A stretch of DNA of 10,136 bases, the filler included, from an uncultured virus (IMG/VR IMGVR_UViG_2061766007_000922) (taxonomy: Duplodnaviria; Heunggongvirae; Uroviricota; Caudoviricetes). It is 3 parts of one record of this genome, joined end to end, with 100 filler letters (N's around TTAATTAATTAA, not from the genome) between each part and the next. Parts side by side here need not be neighbours in the genome. Positions count along the whole stretch, not along the records: positions 7,463 to 8,738 come from IMGVR_UViG_2061766007_000922; positions 8,839 to 10,136 come from IMGVR_UViG_2061766007_000922; 1 more part is not named here. One strand, given 5' to 3'. The notes beneath the pieces are model-generated. The model was not told the origin of the DNA. It worked only from the letters and a program-made list of their open reading frames with translations, and made no database searches. Shown here in pieces: positions 8,071 to 10,136 of the stretch. The first letter of the stretch is position 1, and every line of letters begins with the position of its first letter. The position numbers were made by a program, and so were the translations under genes.

Positions 8071-8372
8071 TTAATCCTTATTGTTCCAGGGGTTCTTGAC
8101 TTCGATCGGCATCATGCAGGTGTCGCAGATGCNNNNNNNNNNCCGTAGACCGTGCCGCAATTCGGGCAAATTGCGTTTAATTTCAGCCCTTCGCACATGG
8201 ATTCTATGCTTTCAATGTGGACTTTTCTAACGTTTTCAAGTCGCTTTATTTCGTCTTTTAGTTCTTCGTTTTCGCGCTTGAGGCTCTCGTACTCCTCAAG
8301 CGGTATTTCGCACGTCATGATTGGCGGGTGTTCAGCGCCGGGGTGAGTCGGGTAGTGTTTTGTGTTGCTCAT
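8071..8372 (-). CDS. Coiled-coil plus zinc-ribbon hypothetical protein (spans a gap)
   Basis: ATGA-coupled start MSNTKHYP..., coiled coil LKRENEELKDEIKRLE and CPNC, then after the gap ICDTCMMPIEVKNPWNNKD*. The join across the gap is inferred. Confidence 0.6.
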
Positions 8373-8680
8373 GCTGCTTGCTTCTCCTTTTTGCGTTGTC
8401 TGTAGTCCCTGTTCCACTTGGCTTTCCTCACCTTGTAGATGGGGTCGTCCTTGTGTCGTTGGCGATAATCTCTGTTGTGCTTCTTTACGGATTCGGGATG
8501 CTCCTTTTTCCATGCACGGGAAAGGGCTATGAAGTGCTGCGGGTCTTCGTCATAGTGCGCCTTGAAGATGCGCTTCTGTGCTGCCTTTTTGTTTCGGACA
8601 CGGGCGTCAGCGATAAGGCACGTTACGACCGTGCCGTGCATGGCGTTTCGCTCCGCTATCATTGATTCCCAATCTTGCAT
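8369..8680 (-). CDS. Basic hypothetical phage protein
   Basis: ATG at 8680 with a GGAGA RBS. Lys/Arg-rich, with NRDYRQR present twice. Confidence 0.7.
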   Translation of the reverse strand: MQDWESMIAERNAMHGTVVTCLIADARVRNKKAAQKRIFKAHYDEDPQHFIALSRAWKKEHPESVKKHNRDYRQRHKDDPIYKVRKAKWNRDYRQRKKEKQAA

Positions 8681-8738
8681 TACTTGCTCTCCGTTATCTT
8701 GTCCTTGAATCCGTTTGCGCAATTATCGCACAGGGGAA
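8680..8738 (-). CDS. C-terminal fragment homologous to the 46-aa Cys-rich protein
   Basis: SLCDNCANGFKDKITESK* versus PLCECCANGFREKITEVK. TAATG coupling to the next gene. Confidence 0.65.
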
Positions 8739-8838
8739 NNNNNNNNNNNNNNNNNNNNNNNNNNNNNNNNNNNNNNNNNNNNTTAATTAATTAANNNNNN
8801 NNNNNNNNNNNNNNNNNNNNNNNNNNNNNNNNNNNNNN
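8739..8838. other. Artificial contig linker N44-TTAATTAATTAA-N44
   Basis: Same 100-nt linker as 7363-7462. Confidence 0.95.
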
Positions 8839-8941
8839 TTTTGAGATATGCGCGCATATCCTCCCATCCGTCGCAGTCCTCTTTTATCCAGTGCTGATGA
8901 TTTTCAATAATCTTCTTTAGTTCTTCTTCGGTGTATTGCAT
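8839..8941 (-). CDS. Pentapeptide-repeat protein N-terminus, allele 1 (truncated)
   Basis: MQYTEEELKKIIENHQHWIKEDCDGWEDMRAYLK matches the leader that precedes A(D/N)L repeats in phage pentapeptide-repeat proteins. GGAGA RBS. The repeats themselves are not in view. Confidence 0.7.
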
Positions 8942-8965
8942 ACAACTTTCTCCGTTAAAATTTCG

Positions 8966-9016
8966 AGGCTCCTGCGGGACTCGAACCCGCGACCACCGTT
9001 AGACATGAGTTACGGT
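8966..9016 (-). tRNA. 3' half of a second allele of the tRNA-like element
   Basis: 8967-9016 is identical to 9139-9188, but the discriminator base and trailer differ. Confidence 0.6.
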
Positions 9017-9026
9017 NNNNNNNNNN

Positions 9027-9113
9027 CATGTTATCCCATCCATCGCAGTCTTCTTTTATCCAGTGCTGATGATTTTCAAGAATCTTCTTGAGTTCTTCTT
9101 CGTTGTATAGCAT
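9027..9113 (-). CDS. Pentapeptide-repeat protein N-terminus, allele 2 (truncated)
   Basis: MLYNEEELKKILENHQHWIKEDCDGWDNM with a GGAGA RBS. Confidence 0.7.
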
Positions 9114-9137
9114 ACAAATTTCTCCGTTAAAATTTAG

Positions 9138-9226
9138 TGGCTCCTGCGGGACTCGAACCCGCGACCACCGTTAGACATGAGTTACGGTTATTCACACCAA
9201 GCTCTACCCAACTGAGCTAAGGAGCC
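9138..9226 (-). tRNA. tRNA-like gene (89 nt) with atypical anticodon region; isotype undetermined
   Basis: Acceptor stem GGCTCCT/AGGAGCC, T8A9, D arm GCTC-AGTTGGGTA-GAGC, T arm GCGGG-TTCGAGT-CCCGC. There are 38 nt between D and T arms with no canonical anticodon arm, and no encoded CCA (A-CTA). Confidence 0.75.
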
Positions 9227-9231
9227 GTTTA

Positions 9232-9412
9232 CAAGCCGACCCGGAAGTAAACTCGGGAAACAGTGTTCTCTGGGTCGGCTTGGTGGCCACCGCGAGGCAT
9301 CAACAATGGAGATTCCACAAGTCTTCGTAGTACAATGCATTGTCCTATGCTGATTGTGTAATCGTCACGCGGCGGCCTTCGCCGTGGGCTAAAGTTGGGC
9401 TCGCACGGCGAA
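9232..9412 (-). ncRNA. Candidate structured RNA: three adjacent GC-rich stems
   Basis: Inverted repeats at 9232-9245/9269-9282, 9285-9294/9368-9377 and 9378-9386/9404-9412 fill the space between the HNH-like gene and the tRNA-like gene. Confidence 0.5.
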
Positions 9413-9421
9413 AACTTTGAG

Positions 9422-9949
9422 TTACGATTTAAAAGAATTGTAATTTATAGTAACAATAGAAATTTTAAATTTATCTTGTATAAAATCACAATGCTTTTTT
9501 ATCGTGTCTAGTTTTTCATTTGTTTCCTTTACATAAAATATTTTTTCTTTTTTGTTGTAAATCAACATTTGATGCAACTGTGCATGAATCCTTCTGTTTA
9601 AAGCAATCACGCTGAATAAATCGTTGTAATTCCAATGATGCAGTTCTATTTCATTATTAAGCTTTCCTAATTTTCTTTCTATACTAATTCGAACTGAATT
9701 TGTATTTTTATCGTTATGTTGTTTTTTGCCAGAGTAAAGCCTTTTATATTTTTCTCGTCCTCTTTCCCTTTCCTTTTCTACATAGTTTGCATCTTTTGAT
9801 TTTATACTGTAATTTTTTTGAACGTCTTTCTTTGCACATTTCTTGCATTTGTTAAGGTGTCCGTCACCCATTTGAGGGTGGCTATAGAACTCCGTTATAG
9901 GAAGTAAACGGCCGCACTTGAAACATTTTTTGAATGTCACTTCCATCAT
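9422..9949 (-). CDS. HNH-like endonuclease with N-terminal zinc finger
   Basis: KKCFKCG...[18 protein letters not shown], then IELHHWNY...[18 protein letters not shown]. Visibly AT-rich relative to its flanks. Confidence 0.65.
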   Translation of the reverse strand: MMEVTFKKCFKCGRLLPITEFYSHPQMGDGHLNKCKKCAKKDVQKNYSIKSKDANYVEKERERGREKYKRLYSGKKQHNDKNTNSVRISIERKLGKLNNEIELHHWNYNDLFSVIALNRRIHAQLHQMLIYNKKEKIFYVKETNEKLDTIKKHCDFIQDKFKISIVTINYNSFKS

Positions 9950-9961
9950 GTGCGGCCTCCA

Positions 9962-10136
9962 TCAAAAGGGAGATCTTCGCAATCGTCGGCTTGCTGCTGG
10001 TCGTACTCGTTCTGGAACGAGTTGCGCTGCTGTTGAGCCTGCTGACCGTACCCGCCTCCGTTCTGCGTTCCGCGTGGCGTGAGGAGCTGGAACGTGTCGA
10101 GGGCTACTTCCGTTGTGTACCGCTTCTGTCCGTTCT
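9962..10136 (-). CDS. ssb: Single-stranded DNA-binding protein, C-terminal part
   Basis: Not in the track. NGQKRYTTEVALDTFQLL, a Gly/Gln-rich linker and the acidic tail DDCEDLPF*. Confidence 0.93.
   Translation of the reverse strand, partial: ERTEAVHNGSSPRHVPAPHATRNAERRRVRSAGSTAAQLVPERVRPAASRRLRRSPF

Noticed and set aside
9138..9226. tRNA with a canonical 37/38 intron, or an attachment-site duplication with 8966-9016
   Set aside because: Removing 15 nt at that position does not give a paired anticodon stem. The duplicate extends into an allelic downstream gene and no integrase is visible, so it is an allele.
9232..9282. Intrinsic terminator
   Set aside because: The loop is large and no U tract follows on either strand.

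Overview
This window is a patchwork of short tailed-phage (or prophage) fragments joined by 10-N gaps and two artificial 100-nt linkers (N44-TTAATTAATTAA-N44). Many fragments are overlapping alleles of the same genes, so it is best read as a collapsed or mixed-strain assembly of several related phages, not one genome. ORFs in the track that cross N runs are chimeric. Bases 1-4406 hold a tail/baseplate module: a pre-tape-measure ORF, two tape-measure alleles, a Dit-like protein, several alleles of a small baseplate protein and the start of a baseplate hub. Bases 4417-10136 hold a minus-strand early/replication region: ssb, an AT-rich HNH-like gene, a roughly 280-nt structured non-coding block, a pentapeptide-repeat protein start, small Cys-rich and hypothetical genes, a Dam-like methyltransferase with a 9-bp LER tandem repeat, and a sigma70 promoter with an overlapping palindrome. 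The most unusual signal is the non-coding block at 9138-9412. It has three back-to-back GC-rich stems, one ending in a tRNA-like ACCA, followed by a tRNA-like gene with intact acceptor, D and T arms but a non-canonical, enlarged anticodon region. All family assignments come from motif recognition by eye, not database searches.
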